In this document: positions 40,111 through 56,746 of the stretch, one piece after another
How positions within the stretch are numbered: the first letter of the stretch is position 1
Layout: every line of letters starts with the position of its first letter
From: the human T2T-CHM13v2.0 reference genome, Homo sapiens
DNA: 64,000 bases
NCBI RefSeq assembly: GCF_009914755.1
Contig: NC_060927.1
Direction: 5' to 3' (one strand)
Made by a program: the position numbers and the translations under genes
The notes under the pieces: generated by a model
Told to the model about the DNA's origin: nothing
Databases searched by the model: none
What the model saw: only the letters and a program-made list of their open reading frames with translations

Positions 40111-40705
40111 TCCCAGTGTGATTGGACCTATTCATCTTAAACATGGGAAATGTGGACCATAAAATCGCCAAACCTCCTCTCTTTCCTCCTCATATCTGTG
40201 GCCTCCCAGAATTTGTGGCCCAATACCACAGGAATGGCCCAAGTCCACATGTCATCATTCAGCACAGCAGCAGCTTTCCTGGCAGAGCGGTCCCAATGAG
40301 CCATATGTGTGCTTCTGTCTCCTCTTTCCCATGCCCCAGAAAAGTCCAAGTTAATTTCCAGCCATCCCATTATGACTTCTCCAGAAAGAAAGGAAGTTTC
40401 CTGGGTTTGCATTCCAGCAGAATTGCAACCTAAGCTCTTTGTACTTTTTGACATCCTGTTTCTGATTTCCGTGCTGGGCTTAAAGTAGGGAATAAACACT
40501 TTTTTGAAAGCTCTGTGCATTCCAGAGAAAATCACCCAGCAGGCTCTAAAGAAGAGAGAGGATGCAGGGACATGCTGGTGGAACGTTCCGTGCTTGCCAC
40601 TGGGTGTAGAAAGAGAAAGAGCCCCAGGGTGAGCTACATGCAGGGAGTTGGGGGAAGAGAATGTGGACAAACTAGAGGGGAGGGTCCAGGGGGCAGACCA
40701 CCTGC

Positions 40706-40761
40706 TCTCTTCCCATTGGCTAGGCACATGCAGAGACATGTGCCTAGCCAATGGGAAGAGA
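40706..40761. repeat. Perfect inverted repeat, 25-bp arms with a 6-nt loop
   Basis: TCTCTTCCCATTGGCTAGGCACATG-CAGAGA-CATGTGCCTAGCCAATGGGAAGAGA. Confidence 0.97.
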
Positions 40762-40764
40762 ACA

Positions 40765-41802
40765 TTATTATATATAACAGTAATATATAATTACATATAA
40801 TAATTTATATTATATAATAATTATTATATAATATAGCTATATATAGTTATATATTATATAACTATATATTATAGTTATATATAATATAACTATATATTAT
40901 AGTTATATATAATATAACTATATATTATAGTTATATATAATATAACCAAATATAATAGTTATATATAATATAACCAAATATAATAGTTATATATAATATA
41001 ACCAAATATAATAGTTATATATAATATAACCAAATATAATAGTTATATATAATATAACCAAATATAATAGTTATATATAATATAACTAAATATAATAGTT
41101 ATATATAATATAACTAAATATAATAGTTATATATAATATAACTAAATATAATAGTTATATATAATATAACTAAATATAATAGTTATATATAATATATAAC
41201 TATATATAATAGTTATATATAATATAACTATAATATATAGTTATATATAATATAACTATAATATATAGTTATATATAATATAACTATAATATATAGTTAT
41301 ATATAATATAACTATAATATATAGTTATATATAATATAACTATAATATAATATAACTATAATATATAGTTATATATAATATAACTATAATATAATATAAC
41401 TATAATATATAGTTATATTTAATATAACTATATAGTTATATTAAATATAACTATATAGTTATATTATAATATAACTATATAGTTATATTTAATATAACTA
41501 TATAGTTATATTATATATAACTATATAGTTATATTTAATATAACTATATAGTTATATTATATATAACTATAATATAGTTATATATAATATAACTATAATA
41601 TAGTTATATATAATATAACTATAATATATAGTTATATTATATATAACTATAATATATAGTTATATATAATATATATTATTATTATATATAAGCTATATTA
41701 TATAATAATTATATATAACAACATAACTTATTTTATATTTAAATATAAATATAATATATATTTTAAAATATAAATATAATATATATTTTTAAATATATAT
41801 AT
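40765..41802. repeat. AT-rich minisatellite with ~27-29 bp quasi-palindromic units
   Basis: Units such as ATAGTTATATATAATATAACTATATATA and ATAGTTATATATAATATAACCAAAT; overwhelmingly A/T. Confidence 0.97.
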
Positions 41803-42704
41803 GTTTTTAAAAGTAGGATTGTACTAGGTGTGTTTTTTAAACTGTGTCTCTTAGAACATCGACTCTAAGAAATGTTAGTAGATTATCAACCAGAAAAACG
41901 ATAGCACATCCCTAGTCAAGTATAGGGGAATGAGAAATGTAGTCTAGCCAAGGTAGGACAGAAGCCTTCAGCAAGAGCCTCTTAACATAAATGCCGGCTA
42001 CAAAGGTGAGATTAGCAGATGCCCACTACCCTGAAGTCACAGTAGAGATTCTGAGTATCAGAGTGAAGGTGGTCCTAGCTATTGTGCCATCCAGCATTAC
42101 CCAAGAGAGTGTGGACAACTAGAGAGGATGCGGTTGCCAAAGCAGGAGAGAACATGTTCACAAGATACGGCTCTTCACTTGCTGGGGGTCTCTGGCAAGT
42201 CACTTAAACAGAGACTCAGTTTCCTCATTTGTAAAAGGTGAAAGATGCTACTGTTACTCGTGGGTACTGTTTACGTACTGTGCTAAGCACTATGTTTTAA
42301 TAATTCTTGCCCTATAGGGCTCAATGAGTTATGGTGAGGGTTATATTATATAATAATGGAGATGTAAGGGCTTTGTAAACCGTAAAGCGGTTTAAAAATC
42401 CAAGGTCTATTTAGGATCATTACCTACCTCAGATAGTAATATCTACAACAACAACAGCAACAACAAAACAAAAACAAAAACACACACACACACAAACACA
42501 AAACACACCCAGGAAACAAATTAACAGAGTGGTTAAGAGCTCAAGGTTCAGAGGCAACTAATCTGAAAGTCCAATTCCAGATGGGCTACACTGACTGTGT
42601 GACTTCAGGCCTATTATTCAACCTTCCTGTGCTTCAGTTTTCTCACTGTGAAGTAGAGCAAAGTAGGATTTTGAAGAGAATTTAGGTCAGGCGTGGTGGC
42701 TTAT

Positions 42705-42985
42705 GCCTGTAATTCCAGGGCACTGGGGGGCCAAGGTGGGAGGATCGCTTGAGGCCAGGAGTTTGAAACCAGCCTGGGCACTTTAGTGAGACCATGTCTT
42801 TACAAAATAAAAATAATAATAAATACGTAATTAGCTGGGGGTGGTGGGACATGCCTGTAGTCCTAGCTACTCCAGAGCCTGAGGTGGGAGGATCTCTTGA
42901 GCCCAGGAAGTCGAGGCTACAGTGAGACATGATTGTGCCACTGCACTCCAGCCTGGGCAACAGAGAGAGACCATATCTCTTAAAT
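42705..42985 (+). mobile_element. Alu (AluJ-like) inside a MIR
   Basis: Alu arms with a (TGAA)n/(CAAA)n tail; MIR core on the flanks. Confidence 0.9.
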
Positions 42986-43127
42986 GAATGAATGAATAAA
43001 CAAACAAATACATAGAATTTAATGTGATCATGCATTTAAAGCACTCAGCACAGTCTGCCACTTAGTGAGCCTCCACCAATATTTGTGCTTGAAGGCTTGG
43101 GTACCAAGGGCCTTCCCCAGCTGGATC

Positions 43128-43199
43128 TTTAACTAGAAAAGCAGAAAAAGAGTGAATTGAGTGAATTTAACTAGAAAAGCAGAAAAAGAGTGAATTGAG
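43128..43199 (+). repeat. 34-bp tandem duplication (period 38)
   Basis: TTTAACTAGAAAAGCAGAAAAAGAGTGAATTGAG at 43128 and 43166. Confidence 0.93.
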
Positions 43200-43682
43200 A
43201 GTGAATCGAGTTGCAGAAATGGGGGTGCTGAACCTGAACCTGTGGAATGAAGGGAAAAAAGCCCCTACTCATGGCGTTGATTCTGGCTCAGAAGGAAAGG
43301 AATAGTAAGACGGGGTCCTTGCGTCTGCTGTGCCAAGTGCGATTGAGTGGGAGAATCCTGCCAGCAACTCTTCTCAAAGCCCACGTCTGTCTCTGCTGCC
43401 AGGATGTGCTAATCGCCTGCCTTTTTCCATTTCTCCATGTGTGCCCAGTCTGGAAGAGGCTTAGCCTTGTCCTTGGAGTTCTTCTTGTGTTCTAGGTCAG
43501 TCTCCGCCACTGCACATACACACACACACCAGCAATGACCCAAGGAAGGCGGGATACCTCAACCCCAGCCAGCCCCTGCTTCCTGGAAGTGTTGACCACT
43601 CATGTCTCTGGAAGGCGCCCTCAAGCTTATGATGACGCAAGAGCAGAGATGTGTTAGTCGTAGCAAACACCTGGTCCTCTGA

Positions 43683-44108
<426 letters not shown>

Positions 44109-46964
44109 TAATCTGAATTTCCCTGGCAGCCCTCTCTGGCTTGGAACCCCTCTGACTGCTCCTAGGTTCAGTCTCCCCACAATCAGACCCCGAGGTGAAG
44201 ATTTGAGTGCAAGTGGTTTATTTGGGAAGAAGGGCAAATGGGGGAGTGAGGATGTTGAGATGGGGAAGGGAAACAGGCCAGGAGGGGCACTGTCAGGCAA
44301 GTTCTTATGGTCAGTTGAGCTCATTCTGAAGAGCTCTGGGACATAGTGTGGAAGGTGCCTTCAAGTTATCCTACCTGGGGGCATGGACGGGGTGTTGGGC
44401 CACCCATCTGTATTTTTTGGGGGCTCAGAGGCCAAGGAAAATGCCCAGAAGCAGAGAGACCCAGCAGTGTGCAGTACCTGCTTTCGTGGGTGCAGCTGAG
44501 AGCTGAGAGCTTATGGCAGGGCCCCAATACTGCCTGCCCCTCTTCCCAACAACATTTCTCAAATCTCAGGACCCTAGACACAAGCCCAGCCTCTGCTGTG
44601 TGAGGGAAGCAGGATGTCAGGGGACCGTGACTCCACCACAGCTTCCCAGAGGGGGAACCAGGTTGCAACTGTTGAAATATTGATGGAACTCTAAAAAATA
44701 TGTGGAATCCGCTAAGGAAATTGCAAAACATCGGTCACAGTTCTGTTTATTTGGTGCCTCTCTAACCATGGCAAATTTTTCATCAGGAGAGAAAATTAAA
44801 ACTAAGTAAAACCGTAAGCACTCTCTCTTGGGAGAGGCCCAGAACTCATTTCTCTGCCTGTTCCCAGCCAGCCCCTCAATGCTAACATTGAAATTAAAAA
44901 AATAAAATATGCTTGTTTTTTTCAGTCTCAAAGATCTTCCTCCCTCTCTTGTTACACTGGCAGGCTGGTCTGGGAAAGGTGCTGGACGTCGCTTCATCCT
45001 GTTCTCCCTGGATGATCTCTGCCAGCTGGTATGAACTGATGCCCTCTGACTGGCTGGCGTGCAACTGGGTTCTCTCCCACCTTGCTGCCTGCATTACCCT
45101 GGACAGATGTGCAAGTCCTAGGTGCCCTGGTTTCTTCATCTTTAAGGTGCTGGTAATAATAGAATCTACCTCTTAGGGTTCTGATGAGGATTAAACGAGA
45201 TGATATAAGCCCATGCCAAGCACGTGCATGCACAGAGTGAGTTCCCAGTAAATATTAGCTCTCATTATTATTAATATCCAGGGCCCCATCTTGAGGGTGG
45301 AGGGGTGGGCTATAACCCCCAACTCCTTTTTTAAAAAATAGTTTTAGTTCTGTGGGTCCCACTCAACATTTGTCACTGACTATCCCAATAGGTCCATTAA
45401 ACATTTATGCAGATAAAACCCTGGTGGCCTGCCCGTGATCTCTGGACCTGCTGGAGTTGCAGGAGAGAACTCTACAGAAGCCTGGCAACATTTTCCCAGG
45501 TATCAAGAGAAGGGAGGTAATTCTCAGTCAAGTGCAACTACACCTCAGGGTCAGGTTTTATCCCCATGCTAATCCCAGCATTTGGGAGTCAGTGTTAAGA
45601 GGAGCATGGAGAAGGGAGAGATTAATTCCAGCCAAGGGGGTCACTACTTAAACCACATCTGCATTATTCTATTTCTCCTGGGATGTCACACTTTGCTGGG
45701 TATTGGCAAATAGATATATTTTTAAAATATACAGATCCATTTCTGGGCCATATAGGATGCTATGTGTAGGTGAACTGTGTGCTGAGAAGAGGGCTGGTAA
45801 GAGGTGAGGAAACCACTTAAATTCCTAAAGCATCTAATGCAAGGGGCTCAGGAAATACTAATGAAATTGAATTAATGAGAATATTAGACCATAAGGCTGT
45901 GCATATTGGATCAGGCCATTTGGTTGTGCATAATCATATTTTAGCAGCAGGTAACATCTCAAGCTCTCCGGAATTTTAAGCCCCAAATGGAGGTGGAAAT
46001 GCCCTCCTTTTAGAAAGCTACTGTGAGTGAGAGGAGGATGCCTGAAATCTCAAACCACAGGACTCACAAAAATTGGCATTCGGGAAATCACCAAAGCTCT
46101 TCCTGCCCTCCCAGTGCCAGTCCACATCTGGTGTCCTGGATCAGGGACTTCAGGTTGCCCTGTCGATAGCAGCTGTCTCCTGGCACTGGGAATTTAGCAG
46201 CCTCCTGTTCATTCGTAATTTTATTTGCTTTGGCCAAGACATCAGAACAGAGGTGTTAGATGTGGTCCCTGTTTAAATGTACCTCACATGGGAGACTGAT
46301 TAGGAAATCGGAGCAATTCGTGGTTATGAATATTCAAGGTGGAGGAAAAAACAAACAGGGTTTGTGGGGCATGTAACTGAAGACAAATAAATACTCAACC
46401 AGAGAATCAGGAATGGAGCCCAGGGATCATGATTGCCTTAGCCATAAGCTATCTGGAAGATCAGGGTGGAGGACTTGTCTGCCATGTAAAATGCTGTGTT
46501 CCCAGCACCTAGCACAATGCTGTCACCCAGTGGGTGCTACGTAAAGATTTATCAAATAAACAAAAGAATTGGCCCACAGGTTAGAAACCCCTGCCCTGCA
46601 GGTGTGTTTGTTTATCATAAATGAGGTTTTTAAAAAGTTTTTAAGTGCTGTGGTATGCAGAATTCTAAATCTGAACCCCCCACCCCCCAACCCACAAATT
46701 CCCATCCCCTGGATATTTAATGAGACATGAGTCTACACACTGCTGGGAAGGGACTTTGCTGATGGGATTAAAGTGGCAAGTCAGTCAACCTTAAATTACA
46801 AAAATTATTCAGGTAGGCCTGACCCAATTAGGTGAAACCTTTAAAAGTAGAGTTTTTCCTGTCTGATAGCGGAAGGAAAGTCAGAGAGATTCAAAGCACA
46901 AGAAAGCTTGCACGTGCCTTTGCTGCCTTTGAAGACTGGATCATGTGGGAGGATCTTTTCTGGC

Positions 46965-47232
46965 CAGCAGTAGATAGAGCATGGTGGTTAGGAACGTGGA
47001 ATTGGAGCCACACTGCCTAGATTCAAATCCCAGCTCTGTCATTTTGCCAGCCGAAAGACCTCGGGTAAGTTATTTCATCTCCCTGTGCCTTGGTTTCCCC
47101 ATCTGTGAAATGGGGAAAATTACAGTACTTCATCACCAGGTCATGGTGAGAAGCAAGTAAGGTAAAACAAGTAAAGTGCTTAGAACAGTGTCTAGCACAC
47201 AGTACATGCTTTATAAAACCTGTTATTATTAT
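46965..47232 (+). mobile_element. MIR, near full length, following an MLT1 fragment (~46650-46950)
   Basis: TTCAAATCCCAGCTCTGTCA...CCTTGGTTTCCCCATCTGTGAAATGGGG...AAAGTGCTTAGAACAGTGTCTAGCACA. Confidence 0.85.
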
Positions 47233-48427
47233 TTTAAGACATTGCTTTCTTAGAATGTCCCCCAACACCTAGGATCTGGGAAGGCTGTGTCCATAAACCC
47301 ACAGGGCAACAATCAGCCAAAGCTGCCCCTTTGACACCACCATTCCTGGTTTCTTCATATGCACCCCTCCTGGCTCATTGCATTTCCGGCCTAGCCCTTG
47401 TAGGCATTTGGGCTTGCAATCCTTGACCCTAGATTGTTGCCTAGGCAGGCAAGCCAAGACATCATTCATTAGCTGAGTGGGTATAGTCTTCTCCTAAGCC
47501 CTCCTCCGTTTTTCTTTGGAAGGATTTAGAGGGCTGGCTAGAGTTTGGCTTGAAAGGATTTGAGCAAAGACACTTGTGGGCCTTTGAACTGAAGATCCCG
47601 ATGGACGAAGGAAAAGTGGCCCAGGAGGGCTCTTGAGCATCTAATCCATTTGGGGCTGTCATTGCCTCTGTGCTTTGTAAAATAAAGGATAACAAGAACC
47701 CTATGAAAGATGCCATCATCCCTCTGGTGGCTCCAAAGCCCAAGCCCACTAGACATTCTGAATTGTGAATGCTGGCTGCTCAAGGGCCCTCTCGCCTCTC
47801 TCTTCTGTGGTCCTCGATGATCCCCTGGTCCTGGATCCTTGCCAAGAAGGAAGAGAAAAATGCCTCTCCAAGCCTGAAGTCATCTCCCTATCTCAGGTCC
47901 AATTAGCCCAGAGCACTGGGGATGCTGTGTGTGTGAGCAGCCAGGGCAGAGAGTGCTTTCCAGCCCACAGGCAGGTGGACCAGGAGGAGGCCAGCATTTG
48001 TTTTCAGTCTAAAGGAGAGCCCAGGGTGGGGACCACAGGCAGCTCCCATCCTGCCTCTCAAGGGTAATCTGGGAGGATGAGAAAATGCTCCATGGCTACA
48101 ATACCTCAGTTTCCCTCCCTTCTTAGACTATGACCTCCCCAGGCTGTGAAGATGAACTGCTGAAAACAAACCAACCACCATCTGGTTTTCAGCCTCAATT
48201 TGGAGCAAAAGCAGAGGAGTAGACCAGTTGGCTGCACATCTCCCCAACACCCTCCCACCCTTTTCCCTTTTTCTCTCAGACTTGTTCCTAGAACTCAAGC
48301 TTGTGTGTAGTACAAGAATGTTTTGAAATATTTGATGATGTGCTTATTCTTCCTTGCTCTCCCCTTTTAGGATTCTCTCTCTCTCTCTGTCTTCCACAAA
48401 GTCTTGCTATTCAAAGTGAGACTGTGA

Positions 48428-48748
48428 GGCCAGGCGTGGTGGCTCAGGCCTGTAATCCTAGCACTTTGGGAGGCTGAGGCGGATGGATCACTTGAGTCTG
48501 GAGTTCGAGACCAGCCTGGCCAAAATGGCGAAACCCCATCTCTATTAAAAATACAAAAAATTACCTGGGCATGGTGGCACACATCTGTAATCCCAGCTAC
48601 TTGGGAGGCTGAGGCAGGAGAATTCTTGAACCGGAGAAGTGGAGATTGCAGTGAGGTGAAATCATGCCACTGCACTCCAGCCTGGGTGACAGAGTAAGAC
48701 TCTTGTCTCAAAACAAAACAAAACAAAACAAAACAAAACAAAAAAAAC
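48428..48748 (+). mobile_element. Alu with a (CAAAA)n tail
   Basis: Both arms and a pentanucleotide tail. Confidence 0.95.
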
Positions 48749-48866
48749 CCAAAGTGGGCTTGAGAGCTTCCTGGGCCACCAGCATTGGCATTGCCTGGGA
48801 GTTTGTTAGAAATCTGGAATCTTAGACTTGCTCCACACCTCTTGAGTCAGAAACTGCAGTTGAGTA

Positions 48867-51188
<2,322 letters not shown>

Positions 51189-54100
51189 TCACTGAGCCAT
51201 GTTTAATTGTATTATCCCTAGGGGATTGATGTGAGCATTAAAATTTGAGAAGCGATCCCTAGGCTGGAGCTCTTCCTCCCTGGCCCAGATGGACAGAGTC
51301 ACCCACTGCTTTGGGGGAAAGAAGAAAACAAAGCAGGAAGAGGGATGCAAATTCCTGACTACCGAGTTTTTAAAAATCCACTTGCTTAAATTTAAGGCAG
51401 AAATCATAGTGCATATACCTGCAGAACACATTTTTTCTCTGCTGTCAGATAAATTAAGACTCCACCCCTGAAGGAGAGAGGAAGAAGAGGGACCATGGAG
51501 ACAGGAGCTAAGTGAGATCAAGAGGCTCCAGGTCTTGGGAGTGATGCCATTCATCCCAGTGCCACATGGCTGCCCAGTTTGTGCCCAGTTGTCCTCCTCA
51601 TGGCCATCTGCTAGGGCACACTCATGGTCATGTTGCCAGCCAATCAGACAGAAGGACTGAGGCTCTTCTGCAGCCAGAGAATTTGCTTTAGCCACTGTCT
51701 GACCATGCAGACCCATGTGGGCCACAGCACCCCCGGAATAGAGTATGGGGCCCTAGATACCTTCAGAGGTAATGTGACCAAGAGGAAAAGCTCCGTTAGG
51801 AACAAGACCTCACCATGTCAAAGACATCCAGCGACGCATTCTACACTTTTGATTTGGTTTCCCCCTTGCATGTCCCATTATGTGAAGAGAAGGCTCTGGA
51901 ACTTCCAACTTCATCCTTCATGGGAAAAAATGGAAATAATGAAGGTGACTTAATAGCATAATGGCTTGTCACAGCTGGGAATGACCTTAGAGTCATTCAA
52001 ACCATAAAAAAAGATCTCTTTCTTCCATCTGTCCATCCTTTCTTCTATCTCTTCCTTCCATCTTTCCATCCATCCATGCATCCATCCATCCATCCATCCA
52101 TCCAGACTTTCATTAATTGGACAAGCGTTTATTGAGTATCTCCTACTAGTCAGGAATCAGGCTAGGCACTGGGGGATCTATTGCTTGGCAAAAGCAGATA
52201 TAGATCCTACCCTGGAACCCCTGGCCCATTATTGCTTTGTCTCATTCAGCCACTTACCACCTACTGGAAGAAGGGAAACAGAGGATCTCTGAGCTCAGAA
52301 AAGTGTGACAGATTAGTTTTCCAAGAGATAAACTGGGAGAAGCATGCCTCCCTTTAAAAAGTCACTTTGCTAGCAATAGCTAACAGTTTTTAAGGTCTTG
52401 CTTTATGCTATATGAAGAGAATGCATTAAAGCATCACACTAAGCCCTATTACATAATTTTTCAATCCTCACAACAACTTTTAAGAGTTGGTTCTATCATT
52501 AATCCCATTTTACAGATGCAGACACTGAGTCTTGGAAGGTTAAAAGACTTGCCCAACATGATTGAAACTAGTAAGTGGTAGAGCTGGGGTCTGAATCCCA
52601 GGCTTTACTTGGGATAGGAAACATGGTGTTGAAATACTGCAAGACAGCCATGACCCTCCAGAGAGCCTGCTTCATATGCACACAAGTAGTGAAGTGGTAC
52701 AGAACCTGGCTCAGAGGCCCACATTTGGGGATTAATGCTCCAGAGTTGTCACCTTGAAACTCCTAATAATTATACCTTTGATTTTTGGGTTTTGTAAGCC
52801 GATTTTGATGGGACTGTGGAGCTGTCCTGCTGCTGCCTTTCCACCTCGTCATCTCCCCAGGATGAGTTCTCCGTCACTCGCTCCTGTGCCCCATAACACC
52901 CTGATACTGCTTGGCCTCTCTTTCTCTCTCTCTCTCTCTGCCACTCCCCCAGTGACTACAGCCACCGACACCACCAGGTGTCCCTAAGCATCGTCCAATG
53001 ATTGATGCTGCCTTCCAGCCCCAAGAGAGGCCTAGGCGCTGGCATGGGAAGAGTGAACTTGGGTGCATGCACTTAGTAGCATCAGGAGCAAGATATGGCT
53101 GCACCTCGGCATGCCTGGTACACAGCTTGGCAGGCGCAAGCCTCTGCCCACCTGACCCATACCAGTGTGCCCAGCATGGAGGTTGCAATCCTTGAGGGTT
53201 GCCTGTCCACTGTGGGTTGGGGTAGCTGGCCAGTAGGAAGGAGAGAATGGCTTCTCTGCCCTTGGCTGGGGTGCGGGCGTCAGTCTGGTGGCTGCTGGGA
53301 GCGGGAGCCTAGCAGGTGGGGCTGAGGGCTGGCATGTACTGCGTCACAGGATTCCCAGTACCTGTGACAGTCACACTGTCTGCGTGAGTATTCCTTTGCC
53401 TGAGGAGATGGCACATTAAATAATAAATAAAAACACAGGAGTTGGGGAGAGAAAAGGAACAAGAGACAAAGAGACAGACAGTAGAAGAGTGGACAAAGTT
53501 TTCTATTTCAGTTCCTTTGATTGCACCTTTATCCTGATTTATGAACAAGGGGTCCTGTGTTTTTATTTTGCACTGGACCTTACAAATGATGTCACTGGGC
53601 CCCAAACCACACCACAGACTGCTGTGCCGGCAGTGAGGGTTCTTCACCCACTAAGCCTCCAAGAGAACCTTTTCTCACTCCTCTCCTAAAAAGGAGAGAC
53701 TGTTCCTTTAAAAAGACCCCTCCCTACCCCCGCCCCATCTAAATCTCAGTGCTCCAATTTGGAAGTTTCTCTCAGGCTAGGTCTACATGCATTCCATCTG
53801 TCTAGCTTCTTCAGGTTCATTCCCTTATATGTTACTTTACTTAGCTTTTAATGCTCATATTTGTTGGGTGCTTGCCATGTTAAACCCTTTACACAGAAAG
53901 TCTCATTTAATTCTCACAGCAGCCCTGTGAAATACATGCTACTATTATGCCCGTGTTGCATATGGGAAAACTGAAGCTTGAGAGGCTAAAGGGTTAGCCC
54001 AGTGAAAATAAGGACCTTTCTGCAGTCTCTTTGCACATCCTTTGTCTGTTCAGCCCAGCATGCCTTGCACTTGCTACCACCTGTCTTTGCCGACAGTTTC

Positions 54101-54969
54101 CATTTCATAAAGTAGCCTTTCTTCTCATTCCCTTCTAGGGCCAGACTACCTTCATGGAACTAAAGTTCATGGATTTTCTAGAGTTATTCTTAACACATTT
54201 CAGAGGTGCCTGGGATCTGCCCTGTACAAGCTTCCTGGAGTTAGAAGGACTGGCTGCTCGTCCTGGGAAACGCTTTCTGGAAAGAGGAGATACTGGGAAC
54301 ACATAAAAAAAAAAACCGTTGGGAATATATGGCTTGGGTGAGACATTTCAAATATCACCCCTCCATGCCACCAACAGGCAAAGACTTAGTCCCAGCTGCC
54401 CAGTTATTTACCAAAGGAAGTCTGCTGCAGGTAGGCACACTGGAGACTTTCTTCTGTAGGCCTTTCATTGCCAGGAGGCACCCAGAGAATGTACAGATTA
54501 CAAGCCCCATCACCTCAAGCCAATTTGCAGAGGGATTGCTGAATAGAGCTCTCTTTGGAGGCCAAGCCAGGATTACAGTAATTGCAGGCCGGCTGCCGGC
54601 TCTCTGGCGGCAGTGCCCGGTGGAGGCTGCCAGCTGGCCCTGCTAATTACCTGTCGCCCAGGATAGGAAGGAGAACATGAGAAAGGACTGACGAGGCCCA
54701 GACAGAAGGCACTGGAGCATGGCAGGCTGGCATCTCCAGGATCCAGGCCTCCCAGCCGGCCCCATGGCTATGGCTCTTCTGTTGCAGAGAATGACTTGGC
54801 ATGTTTCTACCTTGTTCCTCCCAAACAGCTCCCTCGCACAGTCCTGCCTGTCTCCCCTTCAGAGCAATAAACCTCTCTAGAGTTTTCCCTGGGACACTAC
54901 AGGAATTGCTGAGAGTGGGGTTTTGGGCAGAAGCTCAGAGAAGGCAAGAGAGAGAAACCCTTTCTAGAC

Positions 54970-55609
<640 letters not shown>

Positions 55610-56383
55610 TTCAGATGCGATGGAAAATACAACTCAAAGCTTACCTACAGGCTTTCTTTAGCCATATTTGGGTTTTGTCCCCAAACTTCCAGTCTTTCTT
55701 CTGAGCTTGACATTTGCTCTCCAAGTCTTAGATCCCTGCTCCTCCTGCTGCAGGCCAAGGACAACAGCACTGGACATTCACCTTGGACCTTGGTCAAAAT
55801 GCAGAATTTCAAGTTCCCGCCAGGACCTACTGCACCAGAGTCTGCATTTCACCAAGATCTCCAGGTGACTTGAATAGTCAGTTTGAGAAGCGCTGCTCTA
55901 GGCTTCTCCCTCTACCCCTGTCCCTCCTGATTGCATTTGAACTGGTGCACCTGGTCATTCACTTCAATCTTGGGCTCCTTTTTGCCTGGATTCCTTTTTC
56001 CATCTTCCAAACCTTTGGCTTTTGCCAGATGTAGATGACACTTGCATTATCTGCTTCTGTCTCTGGGCTGCAGAAAGGCAAAAGTGGAAATTATCAACCA
56101 CAAGTGAAAATGACAACTTGTCTACCACTTATTTGATACTTTCTATGAGCCAGGCCCCATGCTCAGCACTTTGCATGCATAATCTCACAGAATTCTCACC
56201 GGATTTTAGAACCTAGTGCATTATTACATACATTTTAGAAACAAAGCCCAGAGACTAACATCCACACACAGCTAATATCTGGTGGAGTAGAATGAAACCG
56301 TGAATCTGCCTGATTGGGAAGCCCATATACTTTGACTAGGTTGAAGTTAAAGTTGTTTTAATGTGGGTGGTGGCAAAGGCGGG

Positions 56384-56746
56384 TGTATTAGTCTGTTTTC
56401 ACGCTGCTGATAAAGATATACCTGACACTGGGTAATTTATAAAGAAAAAGAGGTTTCATGGACTCACAGTTCCACGTGGCCGGGGAAGAGGCCTCACAGT
56501 CATGGTGGAAGGCAAAACGCAGGTCTCACATGGCAGCAGGCAGGAGGGAGCTTGTGCAGGGAAACTCCCCTTTATAAAACCATCAGATCTTGTGAAACTT
56601 ATTTACTATCATGAGAACAGCATGGGAAAGACCCCCCCCCGCCATGATTCAATTACCTCCCACCAGATCCCTCCCACACCACGTGGGAATTGTGGGAGCT
56701 ACAATTCAAGATGAGATTTGGGTGGTGATACCACCAAGCCACATCA
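56384..56746 (-). mobile_element. THE1 solo LTR
   Basis: TGTATTAGTCTGTTTTCACGCTGCTGATAAAGA ... CCAAGCCACATCA. Confidence 0.9.
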
